Assembly: GCA_050250255.1 (NCBI GenBank) | Contig: JBFWOZ010000001.1 | Span: 78,211-142,210, forward strand | DNA: 64,000 nt | Direction of reading: 5' to 3' | Source of the DNA: Bdellovibrionales bacterium | GTDB lineage: Bacteria > Bdellovibrionota > Bdellovibrionia > Bdellovibrionales > DASUEL01 | Shown here: positions 8,051-17,691 of the stretch, in pieces | Position numbering within the stretch: the stretch's first letter is position 1 | Layout: each line of letters starts with the position of its first letter | The notes under the pieces: generated by a model | Told to the model about the DNA's origin: nothing | Database searches by the model: none | Seen by the model: the letters and a program-made list of their open reading frames with translations, nothing else | Program-made: the position numbers and the translations under genes

Positions 8051-9700
8051 GTGAATACATTTTTAAGAAGTTTGTTTTTGCAGCTAAAGGGATTCTATCA
8101 GAATCAGACGCCTGTAAAGAGGATGTCGATACTGATCGTCTGCGTGATAGCTGTCACCTCTGTCATTATTATTGGTGTGATGATCTCTGGCCGATCTTAC
8201 GTACCACTTTTTACGAGCGTGCCCCCAGAGCAATTGAGTATTATTCTTAATAAACTAAAAGAAAAGAATGTGAAGTTTGAAGTTCGTGATGATGGAAAAA
8301 CAGTGGCCGTGCCTCCGGAAATGCTCCACTCACTTCAAATGTCGATTATGACCGAATCCTCCTCCAATAAAATGGGGGAAATTGGTTTTGAGCTTTTCGA
8401 CAAACAAAGTTTTGGGGTGACTTCTTACGCACAAAAAATTAATTATCAGAGAGCGGTTCAGGGCGAACTTATGAGAGCGATCAACACTCTCGATCCTGTG
8501 AGAAACTCAAAAGTGATTCTAGCCTTGCCACCTAAGAAAACTTTTTTAGAAGAGGGTGGTTCACCCTCGGCCTCTGTTGTGGTGGATCTCTATGATGGTA
8601 AGAATTTAACTCCAGAGCAAGTGAAGGGCATTACCCTTCTCGTTGCAAATGCCATTGAAAACATGGACTCAGATCGTGTCACGGTTGTGGATTCTCGAGG
8701 AAAAGTGCTCAGTAAAAATAAGGGTGATCCAAGCATTGGTTTGACGAACGACATTGTAGAACTTAAGTTGAAAACTGAAGAGCAGTTAGAGCATCGTATT
8801 GAGTCGATGCTCGAGCGTATTGTGGGTTCAGGAAAAGTGATGGCGCGCGTAGATGCCGCTTTAAATGCTCAGCTGGTGACCTCAGTCGAAGAACAGATTG
8901 ATCCAGATAAAACAGCCATTCGTAGCGTAGTCAGCGAAGAAGAGTCAATGAATGGAACACGCCGAAATCCTACAGGAGTTCCCGGCGCAAGATCTAATCT
9001 TCCTGGCGCTGAAGATCAGGGACAAGTGAGCTTTGGCCAAGACGTCAAAAAAGATCTTAAGACGACTAATTATGAAGTTCCAAAAACAGTACGTAACGTT
9101 CGTGAAAATCCAGGAAAGATTGATCGGATTACCGTTGCCGTGGTGGTGGATGGTATTAGAACGGTCACCAAAAAAGAAGATGGTACGACAGAAGAAAAGT
9201 GGGACAGACGGAGCGCTGAGGAATTGGCTCAGTATGAGACCATCGTAAAAAATGCGGTAGGTTTTAAAGCGGAACGTGGTGACGTTGTTAAAATTGAAAA
9301 TATTAAATTTGAGAAAGAAGATTTCTCTGAATCTGAACAAATTCTTTCGCAGCTAGAGAAGCGTAAACTTCTCAATTACCTCTTACGCTGGTCAGTCATC
9401 GGACTCGCGATGATACTCTTCTTCTTCCTTGTAGTGAGACCATTTATGAGATGGGTGACCGAAAGTTTTCAGGAGTCGATCGACGATATGCTTCCTAAAA
9501 CAATTGAAGAACTTGAAGAGATTCAAGGCATTGATGGTGGGTTGCCTGGAATGTCGAGCGCTCTTCCTATTCTCGAGGAAGCCTTGGATCCTGATAAGGC
9601 CGAAAGTGAATTATTAAAAGAAAAAATTATGACCATTGTAGAACAGAACCAGAGAAAAGCTTCAAACGCTCTTGGTTTATGGCTTGTGAAAAAGGAGTAA
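8051..9700 (+). CDS. fliF: Flagellar MS-ring protein FliF
   Basis: GFELFDK, YQRAVQGELMRAI, GVPGARSNLP, two TM segments. Confidence 0.95.
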   Translation: MNTFLRSLFLQLKGFYQNQTPVKRMSILIVCVIAVTSVIIIGVMISGRSYVPLFTSVPPEQLSIILNKLKEKNVKFEVRDDGKTVAVPPEMLHSLQMSIMTESSSNKMGEIGFELFDKQSFGVTSYAQKINYQRAVQGELMRAINTLDPVRNSKVILALPPKKTFLEEGGSPSASVVVDLYDGKNLTPEQVKGITLLVANAIENMDSDRVTVVDSRGKVLSKNKGDPSIGLTNDIVELKLKTEEQLEHRIESMLERIVGSGKVMARVDAALNAQLVTSVEEQIDPDKTAIRSVVSEEESMNGTRRNPTGVPGARSNLPGAEDQGQVSFGQDVKKDLKTTNYEVPKTVRNVRENPGKIDRITVAVVVDGIRTVTKKEDGTTEEKWDRRSAEELAQYETIVKNAVGFKAERGDVVKIENIKFEKEDFSESEQILSQLEKRKLLNYLLRWSVIGLAMILFFFLVVRPFMRWVTESFQESIDDMLPKTIEELEEIQGIDGGLPGMSSALPILEEALDPDKAESELLKEKIMTIVEQNQRKASNALGLWLVKKE

Positions 9701-9703
9701 TCT

Positions 9704-10738
9704 GTGAGTACAGTTCGTAAACCAGAAAACATAGATTATGATAATCTCAAGGGCTATGAAAAAGCCGCGATCTTGATCAATTATCTCGGCGCCGACGCAA
9801 CGAGATCTTTGTTCTCTCAACTAGAGGACAGCGATATTCGCAAGTTGATCGGGGTGATGGTTCGACTCAGGGTTATACCCGTCCACGTGACGAAAAAAGT
9901 TCTTGAAGAGTTCTACTCCATGATCAGTGAGTCTGAGGACTACATCTTCTCTGAGGACATTACGACAAAAGAAAATATCGTGCTGGCTGTCGGAGAAGAG
10001 CGCGCTCGAGGGATTTTAGGTCACTTGAATATCCGCGGCGGTTCAAAGAGTCTTGAAAGCTTAGACTTAGTGGACGCTAAATCTTTAGCGAATTTCTTGG
10101 TGAATGAACATCCGCAAACTGTTGCCGTAGTTCTTTCGCACCTGGAACCAGAAAAGAAGGGTGAGGTTCTCAAAAGACTTCCTGAAGCTCTTCAAGCTGA
10201 AGTGGTCTTGAGAATGGCACATTTAGATTACATTGACCCACAATTGATTGCGGAACTCGATACTGTCTTAAAACAAGAACTTTCAATGATGGGTACAGTA
10301 GAGCAAGCTTCTCTCGGTGGGACTCAGCCGGTTGCAGAAATGCTGAACGTGATGGATAAAAACACTGAAACAGCCATCATGTCGCGTATTGAAGAAAAAG
10401 ATCCTATTCTTGCAGAAGAAATTCGTAAATTGATGTTTGTATTCGAAGATATTCTTAAGATTGATGATCGCGGTATGCAGACTCTTCTTAAGGAAGTTCC
10501 GAACGATAAACTTCTCTTGGCTCTTAAGACGGCCAACGAAGATATCAAGAACAAAATTTTTAAGAACTTGTCTGCTCGTGCTGCCACTCTACTTAAAGAA
10601 GATTTGGAATCTATGGGACCTGCACGTCTTTCTGATGTGGAACAGGCTCAGCAGCTCGTAGTCAATGCGGCGAGACGACTCGAAACAGAAGGTAAGATCC
10701 TAATTTCAAGAGGTGGTTCAGAAGATGCGCTCGTCTAA
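9704..10738 (+). CDS. fliG: Flagellar motor switch protein FliG
   Basis: EKAAIL, EHPQT, MFVFEDI, GPARLSDVEQAQ. Confidence 0.96.
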   Translation: MSTVRKPENIDYDNLKGYEKAAILINYLGADATRSLFSQLEDSDIRKLIGVMVRLRVIPVHVTKKVLEEFYSMISESEDYIFSEDITTKENIVLAVGEERARGILGHLNIRGGSKSLESLDLVDAKSLANFLVNEHPQTVAVVLSHLEPEKKGEVLKRLPEALQAEVVLRMAHLDYIDPQLIAELDTVLKQELSMMGTVEQASLGGTQPVAEMLNVMDKNTETAIMSRIEEKDPILAEEIRKLMFVFEDILKIDDRGMQTLLKEVPNDKLLLALKTANEDIKNKIFKNLSARAATLLKEDLESMGPARLSDVEQAQQLVVNAARRLETEGKILISRGGSEDALV

Positions 10739-11513
10739 GTCGATTATTACGAAAGAGCAAGCGGTGGGATTGGTTCTGGAGTTTCAACCTCAAAGTATGA
10801 AACGTGAAATTTCTCAAGAGGCAGAACAATATTTTGTTCGAGAAAAAACGGTCCAATCAGGGTTTAAGATGAGCCATTTGGTGGCAAGCCAAACAGGAAT
10901 TGCTGAAAAAGAGAAAGCGGAGATCGAGAAGCAAGTGGAACAAATTGCTCTTGAGAAAATTAAAGAGATTCAAGAGCCGGCTTATAAAGAGGCCTATGCT
11001 ATTGGTCTTGAAGAAGGCACAAAAAAAGCTTTTGAAGAACATAGGCAAACTATTCAGGAGCAGCTTGAGAAATTAGATATCCTCCTCACTTCTATGGGTC
11101 ACATGAAGCGAGAGCTTATGGAGCAGAACGAAATTTATTTTATTAAAACCATACATACAATGGCTACAAAGCTCGCAGTTGCCCATATTGAAGAGCATAA
11201 AGAAACGATTATTTCGGTGATGAAGCAAGCCGTGGACCATGCGCAGTCGGAAGAAAATGTCATGGTAAAATTGTGCAAAGAAGATTTTGAATTTGTTGAG
11301 AAGTTTAGAGAAAATTCCAAGAAAGAATTCGATTTTCTTAAAAAAGTAAAAATGGAAGTGAGCTCAGATATCAAATCGGGTGGCTGTATCGTGGAAACGA
11401 ATTACGGGACGATCGATGCAACTGTAGAAGAGCGTATTAATAAGCTGTGGAGTATGCTAGAGTCAAAGCTACCAAAAGAAACTCCAGTGATTTCTTCAGA
11501 AGATAAAACTTAA
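10725..11513 (+). CDS. fliH: Flagellar assembly protein FliH
   Basis: AYxxGxxxG repeat, GGCIVETNYGTIDAT; between fliG and fliI; start set at ATG 10725. Confidence 0.9.
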   Translation: MRSSKSIITKEQAVGLVLEFQPQSMKREISQEAEQYFVREKTVQSGFKMSHLVASQTGIAEKEKAEIEKQVEQIALEKIKEIQEPAYKEAYAIGLEEGTKKAFEEHRQTIQEQLEKLDILLTSMGHMKRELMEQNEIYFIKTIHTMATKLAVAHIEEHKETIISVMKQAVDHAQSEENVMVKLCKEDFEFVEKFRENSKKEFDFLKKVKMEVSSDIKSGGCIVETNYGTIDATVEERINKLWSMLESKLPKETPVISSEDKT

Positions 11514-11525
11514 AAACTTTCTAGG

Positions 11526-12878
11526 ATGGAAAGTAAAATGTCAGAATTGAAATCCTTTAATCTAGAAAAATATGTAAACATCTTCGATGGAGTAGACCTC
11601 ACTCATGACATTGGAAAAGTGACTCGCGTTGTAGGCTTCATGATGGAAGGTTATTTACCTGGAGCTTGGCTAGGTAGTATTTGTCAAATCCATCCCTCCA
11701 GTGGCGCACCTCCTTTTTTAGCCGAAGTGGTTGGTTTTAAAGACAAGAGTGTACTCCTCATGCCTTTAGGCGAAATTATGGGTGTGGGTTTAGGGGCCAA
11801 AATTGTTCTGGTAAGACAAAAAGCATCGGTTCCTGTTGGGTCGGCTCTTTTGGGTCGAGTGCTTAACGGACTTGGCGAACCCATTGATGGTAAAGGCGCG
11901 ATAAATACAGATCAGCAAGTCTCACTCTATGCCGCAGTTAAAAATCCATTATCTAGAGCTCCAATTGATGAGCCAATGGATTTAGGTGTGCGTGCTATTA
12001 ATGGAATGCTCACTATAGGTAAGGGGCAACGCGTAGGCATTATGGCGGGCTCGGGTGTTGGAAAGTCAGTGCTCCTTGGTATGCTTGCACGTAACTCAAA
12101 ATCTGATGTGAACGTGATTGCCCTCATTGGGGAGCGCGGCAGAGAAGTTCGTGAGTTTATCGAAAACGACCTCGGTGAAGAAGGACTCAAAAGATCTGTG
12201 GTGATCGTAGCAACAAGCGATGAGAGTCCACTCATCCGTATGAGAGGTGCCTTCGTGGCAACGTCGATCGCTGAATACTTTTGTAAAGCTGGCAAAGATG
12301 TTTTGTTAATGATGGATTCCGTGACTCGCTTTGCGATGGCCCAAAGAGAAATTGGTTTAAGTACCGGTGAACCTCCCGCAACAAAAGGTTATACCCCAAG
12401 TGTGTTTGCTCTTTTACCAAAATTACTAGAGCGCGCAGGTTCGTTTCAAGATTCTGGTAGTATCACAGGCTTGTACACGGTGCTCGTTGAAGGTGATGAC
12501 ATGGATGATCCGATTGCGGATTCCGTAAGATCCATTGTCGATGGCCACATTGTTTTGAGTCGTCAACTCGCTCAACGTGGACATTTTCCAGCGATTGATG
12601 TGCTCCAAAGTACAAGCCGTGTGATGAGACACGTCATCTCTCAAGATCATACGCGTCTTGCGGAAATTATGAGGGAGAACATGGCAGTCTATAAAGATGC
12701 GGAAGACCTCATTAATATTGGCGCCTACAAAGAAGGTACCAATAAGAGAATTGATCAGGCTTTACATTTAAATGAGGCGATTGAATCCTATTTGAGGCAG
12801 GCTGTTGTTGAAAAGTCAGATATGGGTGAGAGTGTTTCGCTGATGGCTTCGCTCCTAGGTTATGGGCCTGATGGGTAA
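11526..12878 (+). CDS. fliI: Flagellar export ATPase FliI
   Basis: AGSGVGKS, LIGERGREVREF, MDSVTRFAMA, GEPPATKGY. Confidence 0.96.
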   Translation: MESKMSELKSFNLEKYVNIFDGVDLTHDIGKVTRVVGFMMEGYLPGAWLGSICQIHPSSGAPPFLAEVVGFKDKSVLLMPLGEIMGVGLGAKIVLVRQKASVPVGSALLGRVLNGLGEPIDGKGAINTDQQVSLYAAVKNPLSRAPIDEPMDLGVRAINGMLTIGKGQRVGIMAGSGVGKSVLLGMLARNSKSDVNVIALIGERGREVREFIENDLGEEGLKRSVVIVATSDESPLIRMRGAFVATSIAEYFCKAGKDVLLMMDSVTRFAMAQREIGLSTGEPPATKGYTPSVFALLPKLLERAGSFQDSGSITGLYTVLVEGDDMDDPIADSVRSIVDGHIVLSRQLAQRGHFPAIDVLQSTSRVMRHVISQDHTRLAEIMRENMAVYKDAEDLINIGAYKEGTNKRIDQALHLNEAIESYLRQAVVEKSDMGESVSLMASLLGYGPDG

Positions 12879-12883
12879 ATTCG

Positions 12884-13354
12884 ATGAAATTTAAATTTCC
12901 TTACGAAAATATTCTTAAGACAAAAAAAGTTTCCAGGGATGTGGCTTTTCGAGATTTTGCAGAAGCTAAGGGACATTTGACCACTGCTGAAAATGATCTC
13001 TCAACGATGTATAATCTCGTAGCGGACACTCATCAATTAAGTGAAGATTGCTTAAAACAAAACCTAAGTCCGAGAGATAAAATTGAACTTCTTAAGTGGG
13101 CCCAGGTGTTCCACGATGGCCAGCAGGTAAAAATCAATCATCAAAAACTGGAAGTTCGAAAAAGAAATCAGGATACAGAGGATCGTCGAGAAACTTTGGC
13201 CCAGATTGCAAAAGAATATAAAATTTTTGAGAAATTAAAGGATAAAATGAAAGAGAAGCACAAAAAGAATGTGCGAAAACTCGATCAGAAAACGATTGAT
13301 GAAATTGTTGTAATGCAGTCTGCACGAAAGATTATTGAGAGAGAGAATAAGTAG
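12884..13354 (+). CDS. fliJ: Flagellar export protein FliJ
   Basis: MKFKF start, coiled coil, DQKTIDE near C-terminus; position after fliI. Confidence 0.8.
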   Translation: MKFKFPYENILKTKKVSRDVAFRDFAEAKGHLTTAENDLSTMYNLVADTHQLSEDCLKQNLSPRDKIELLKWAQVFHDGQQVKINHQKLEVRKRNQDTEDRRETLAQIAKEYKIFEKLKDKMKEKHKKNVRKLDQKTIDEIVVMQSARKIIERENK

Positions 13355-13365
13355 GGGATTTTAAG

Positions 13366-14139
13366 ATGGCGCCTGGGAAAAATGAGTACAAAGCTTTTTT
13401 TAAAGCAGCACAAAAAATAAAAGGACCTACTCCGTCTGTCTCGAAAGCTGCATTCACAAAGAAGATGGTAAAACCAAAGATGAGACGATCGCGAAGACCC
13501 TTTCCAGTAATGCCACTTATTGTTTTGGTTGTAGGCTTTGGTGGTACGGTCTGGGCATTAAACAATATTGAACGAATAGAGAAATGGTTTTCATCAATTG
13601 AAATTCAAGCAATGAGTATGGCTTCCGCAGAGGGGGCTAAGTCGGCAAAAGTCGACGCGAAAGAGTCTGGGGGAAAGGAAAAAATAGCCCAGGAAGAAGG
13701 TCAGGAGAAGAAAACCGCGAATTCTAAATCAGAATCCTGGACTCCGGAACAACTTAGCTTTTTCAACAAGTTAGAAGAAAAAAAGAAGCAACTCGACCAT
13801 CGCGAGTCAGAGTTGGCAAAGTTGGAAGAGGAATTGCAACAACAGAAAGTGTTACTCGAAAAAAGATTGGGTGAGTTAGACCAGTTGAGAGTAAAGATCT
13901 CGAATCGACTAGATGAAAAAGTAAAAGTCGATCAGGAGAAGGTAGATAAGTTGGTGGAGTTTTACTCAAATATGAAAGCGCAGAACGCCGCCAAAATTTT
14001 TGAAGAAATAGATGAAGATTTAGCGATTGAGATATTGGGAAAAATGAAAAAGAAAAGCGCCGCAGACATTATGAATCTTTTAAAGCCTGAGAAGGCTCAA
14101 AAGCTCTCGGAAAAGTTTGCCGGCTACAAAAAAAGTTAA
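13366..14139 (+). CDS. MotE/FlbB/YlxF-like flagellar protein (TM, coiled coil, MgtE-N-like domain)
   Basis: LVEFYSNMKAQNAAKIFEEID...ILGKMKKKSAADIMNLLKPEKA. Confidence 0.8.
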   Translation: MAPGKNEYKAFFKAAQKIKGPTPSVSKAAFTKKMVKPKMRRSRRPFPVMPLIVLVVGFGGTVWALNNIERIEKWFSSIEIQAMSMASAEGAKSAKVDAKESGGKEKIAQEEGQEKKTANSKSESWTPEQLSFFNKLEEKKKQLDHRESELAKLEEELQQQKVLLEKRLGELDQLRVKISNRLDEKVKVDQEKVDKLVEFYSNMKAQNAAKIFEEIDEDLAIEILGKMKKKSAADIMNLLKPEKAQKLSEKFAGYKKS

Positions 14140-14152
14140 TTGAGGAACAGCA

Positions 14153-16069
14153 GTGGAAATCGGTTCAAGAGGTTTTGACATTAAGAGTTTAGGAGCGATG
14201 AAGCCGCAAAATGGCTTGTTGGACTCTTCTGCTCGTTCAAATCTCACGCCTGACATCTCTAAAAAAGATTTCACTCGTCCAACCGCGCCTGCTCTTTTAG
14301 AGAAGCAAGATGTAAAGTCGACAGCAACTGATGTTAAGAAAACAGATTTTAAGAAAACTCTTTCTGAAAAAGTAGAAACGAAGGCAGCAAATAAGTCCTC
14401 ATCGCCTGTATCGGACCGTTTAGAAAAAACTCCAGAGAAATCTTCAACTTCTTTTAACGAACCTATAAGCTCCAAGCCAATAGCAAAAAAGGCAGATGTG
14501 CAACAAAAGACATCTGTAGATATCGTTAGAGATGAAGAAGAGACTGGTGAATTCACGGTTGATGACAAAGCCGTCATGATGGAGTTTTTAACTTCCATGC
14601 AAAAAGATGTCGGGGTTGATCCAAAAAATATTGTCGAAGCCATGATGAGCTTATCTGAAGAAGATCTCACAAAACCTATTGAAGAAACAATGGCTCAGGT
14701 TCTCACTCAATTAAATTTGAATCCTCAACAAAAAGAAAAAGCAGAAGTGCTTTATCAGGAAATGTTGACGGATATGTCTCATAACGCCATAAGCCGCTGG
14801 GCAGATACGGCGGGATACAAAGTTGATATGAGTGTTATGGGCCCTGAAGAAATGCAGCAACTGCGTACACTTCAGTCGCTTGATAAAATGTCTAAAGACT
14901 TTTTTGTTGCACCGAAGAGAGAAAGCGAAAAAACACCGGTTATGACAGCTTCTGGCATGGCCGCTTCGCAAGCTCAAGGGCTTCCAGTGGAAGCTCAGCC
15001 GATGACAGCATCTCCCGCTGAAAGTTCAAAATCGCTAGAGTCAGAAGGCTTCTTTCCAGCGACAAGTCAGCAAATGGCTAAGCCTGTAAGCGCGTCTCCA
15101 ACGCAAACACCAAGCGCAACACCGACTCAAACGTCTGTCGGCGCAAAAGCAGTTGGTAAAAATCCTTACGGAATGTCGAGTGCATCTTCAGCCGCCTCCA
15201 AGAGCGCCACAAAAACCTCCGAGAAAGCTTTTGATTTAAGCGCATTTGGGTTTGGTGAAAGTGCCGCGACCAGCACTCTTCAAGTCCCAGCAGAAGCTCC
15301 GGTACTAGAGGAAGCAAGTAGTTCTGCGATGACTCAAGCCTCAACAAAAGATATTGGACAATCCTTAGAACAAAGTTTAGCCGGCCTCGGTAGTTACAAA
15401 TCCGACACTGGTGATTCAGATAAGGGTAGCGAAAATAAAGGGGATTCCTCTTCGCAATCGAATAGCGGTTTCGCTGGTATGATGGGTGAAAAAGTAGCTG
15501 GTCAAGAAAGCTTGATGAAAAATGTTGGTGGAGCCGCCGCCGGCACACAGCTTCCTACAACAGTTAACGACCAAACAAATGTTCGTAACGTTCTTCAAGG
15601 CGCCCAAATTTTAATTCAAAAGGGCGGCGGCGAAATGAAAGTGAAGCTCACTCCTGAAGGCATGGGCAGCGTAGATCTTAAAGTCATGGTGAAGAACGGT
15701 AAAGTTGATATTCAAATGCTCACAGAGTCTGCAGAAACAAAACGACTTCTTGAGAGCAGTATCGAAGAACTCAAAGGTAGCCTCGCTATGCATAAATTAA
15801 GCCTTGAGAACATGAAGGTAGATGGTGCCAACACGAAGTTAGATACAGCTCTGGATCAAGGTTTCTTAAATCAAGAGCGTGAGCATGCGAGAGAATTTCT
15901 TGGACAATTTAGAGATTTCAATCATGCAAGAAGAGATACTCTCAATGATCTTGGAGATCTTCGTGGATATGGTTCTTCCAAGAGTAAAAAATTAAGACCG
16001 GAAGATGCACAGATACCTTCTACAGCAAAAGCTGCGGGTAAAACTAAGAGATTGGATTTGGTGGCGTAA
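14153..16069 (+). CDS. fliK: Flagellar hook-length control protein FliK
   Basis: Low-complexity S/T/A/K-rich body; C-terminal KVKLTPEGMGSVDLKV...LLESSIEELKGSL domain; before flgD. Confidence 0.88.
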   Translation: MEIGSRGFDIKSLGAMKPQNGLLDSSARSNLTPDISKKDFTRPTAPALLEKQDVKSTATDVKKTDFKKTLSEKVETKAANKSSSPVSDRLEKTPEKSSTSFNEPISSKPIAKKADVQQKTSVDIVRDEEETGEFTVDDKAVMMEFLTSMQKDVGVDPKNIVEAMMSLSEEDLTKPIEETMAQVLTQLNLNPQQKEKAEVLYQEMLTDMSHNAISRWADTAGYKVDMSVMGPEEMQQLRTLQSLDKMSKDFFVAPKRESEKTPVMTASGMAASQAQGLPVEAQPMTASPAESSKSLESEGFFPATSQQMAKPVSASPTQTPSATPTQTSVGAKAVGKNPYGMSSASSAASKSATKTSEKAFDLSAFGFGESAATSTLQVPAEAPVLEEASSSAMTQASTKDIGQSLEQSLAGLGSYKSDTGDSDKGSENKGDSSSQSNSGFAGMMGEKVAGQESLMKNVGGAAAGTQLPTTVNDQTNVRNVLQGAQILIQKGGGEMKVKLTPEGMGSVDLKVMVKNGKVDIQMLTESAETKRLLESSIEELKGSLAMHKLSLENMKVDGANTKLDTALDQGFLNQEREHAREFLGQFRDFNHARRDTLNDLGDLRGYGSSKSKKLRPEDAQIPSTAKAAGKTKRLDLVA

Positions 16070-16072
16070 TTT

Positions 16073-17182
16073 ATGATGGATATAGGCAAAACCACCAAAG
16101 CTTGGGCCAACAGCGCGAACGCGAAAGAAAATCGCCTCGAAGTGGCAAAAGGAACCAAACATTCAGCGACGGAAAAACCTTTTGGCGACAAAGATGTCGG
16201 CACCGTCCTCAATGAAATTGCAGATCCAAACTGGGTAGATCCAGCAAAAGTGCAGCGTGAGCAGAAAAAAGATCTCGATCGAGATGCGTTTTTTAAATTA
16301 ATGCTCGCACAAATGAAAAACCAAGATCCTTACAATACGATTGAGAGTCATGAGATGGCCGCGCAGCTGGCGCAGTTTACGTCTCTCGAACAGATGTTCA
16401 ATATCAATAACAACTTGGAAGCGATTAAGCGTGGACAAGCTCCGGCATCGGATTACCAAGCATTGAATTTCTTAGGAAAAGAAATTTCTGCGGACTCGTC
16501 TCTCATCACTCGTACAAGTGATGAAGATAAACATGATCTTCGTTTCAGCCTGAATGGGGATGCGACAGAAGTGAAAGTCACAGTCAAAGATGAAGCTGGC
16601 GATGTGGTCAAAGTATTCAATATGAATAATTTGAAAAAGGGCAAAAACGAAATTCTTTGGAATGGTTACAGCGAACAGGGCTTTAAACAAAATGTGGGTG
16701 AATACCGTTTCACCGTCGAAGCAAAGAGCGGTACGGGTAAAACGGTTGCCGCTGATACAAATACAACGGGTCGAATCACCGGAGTTCAGTACACGGCTAA
16801 GGGCCCACTCCTCATGATTGGCAACACAACGGTTTACTTATCTGATGTGAAAAAGATTTTGGAACCTCAGGAAACAGGTGCTGCTCTTCAACAAGTGGCT
16901 CAAGGTTTACCGGGTGCTCCGCAAATGGGTCCAATGATGCCGGCAATGGGAGGAAAAGCTTCGATGCTTCCAACCGCAGAAGAAGCGATCAAGCCTCTTA
17001 AAACAATTCCGTTAGCACCAGGTGCCAGTGTTCAACCACAATCACAAGCACCGGTAGCAGCTGGAACAGTACCAGCTCCCACCAAAGTAGAAGCTAAAAA
17101 GCCTAAGCCGCAAGCAGGAAAAATGCTCGCGCAAAATGGAACTCCTTTCAGCATGAAAATGAAAGGACAAGCCAGTGAGTGA
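16073..17182 (+). CDS. flgD: Flagellar hook capping protein FlgD with extended C-terminal tail
   Basis: FFKLMLAQMKNQDP, AQLAQFTSLEQ, WNG...GEYRFTVEA. Confidence 0.92.
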   Translation: MMDIGKTTKAWANSANAKENRLEVAKGTKHSATEKPFGDKDVGTVLNEIADPNWVDPAKVQREQKKDLDRDAFFKLMLAQMKNQDPYNTIESHEMAAQLAQFTSLEQMFNINNNLEAIKRGQAPASDYQALNFLGKEISADSSLITRTSDEDKHDLRFSLNGDATEVKVTVKDEAGDVVKVFNMNNLKKGKNEILWNGYSEQGFKQNVGEYRFTVEAKSGTGKTVAADTNTTGRITGVQYTAKGPLLMIGNTTVYLSDVKKILEPQETGAALQQVAQGLPGAPQMGPMMPAMGGKASMLPTAEEAIKPLKTIPLAPGASVQPQSQAPVAAGTVPAPTKVEAKKPKPQAGKMLAQNGTPFSMKMKGQASE

Positions 17183-17567
17183 AATTCGTGGCCTCTCGCA
17201 AGCGCTACCTGGCTTAACACCAGAACCTAAGGGGAAGATTGGTTCCTCCGGTGGTCCATCTTTTAAAGATGTACTGAGCGATTTGACAAAACCTGCGGCA
17301 ACGCCTCAGGCGAGTAGTCTTAAGTTTTCAAATCACGCAGTGGAGAGAATGTTTTCTCGTGGGATTAACTTAAAGCCAAACGATATGACAAGACTTGAAG
17401 GCGCGATTCAAAAGGCAGAACAGAAGGGGAGTAAAGATACTCTTGTGCTGCTTGGAGAAAATGCATTTATCGTGAATGTAAAAAATAAAACTGTAGTTAC
17501 AGCTATGGACCAAAATCAAATGAAGGAGAATGTTTTTACGAATATTGATAGTACGATCGTTTTATAA
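17175..17567 (+). CDS. Flagellar operon protein, TIGR02530-like
   Basis: LKFSNHAVERMFSRGI, KNKTVVTAMD, ENVFTNIDS; between flgD and flgE. Confidence 0.88.
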   Translation: MSEIRGLSQALPGLTPEPKGKIGSSGGPSFKDVLSDLTKPAATPQASSLKFSNHAVERMFSRGINLKPNDMTRLEGAIQKAEQKGSKDTLVLLGENAFIVNVKNKTVVTAMDQNQMKENVFTNIDSTIVL

Positions 17568-17605
17568 ACAGGAAGTTTATTTAGTTAGTTAAATTTTAAT
17601 AATAC

Positions 17606-17686
17606 AGGGCTGGTCTCCAAATCTAATTGGAGGAGCCCTCTTAACTACGGCCCGCCGACTGATTGACGTGGGCCATTGTCAGGAGG
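17606..17686 (+). promoter_or_regulatory. Structured flgE leader (two GC-rich hairpins then RBS), candidate cis-regulatory RNA
   Basis: AGGGCT/AGCCCT plus CTCCAA/TTGGAG stem (17606-17639); GGCCCGC/GTGGGCC stem with 12-nt loop CGACTGATTGAC (17649-17674); AGGAGG at 17681. Confidence 0.6.
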
Positions 17687-17691
17687 ACAAA

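Noticed and set aside
14080..14670. 196-aa antisense ORF within fliK, and similar shadow ORFs throughout
   Set aside because: Antisense to clear genes, no RBS or motif; explained by codon bias
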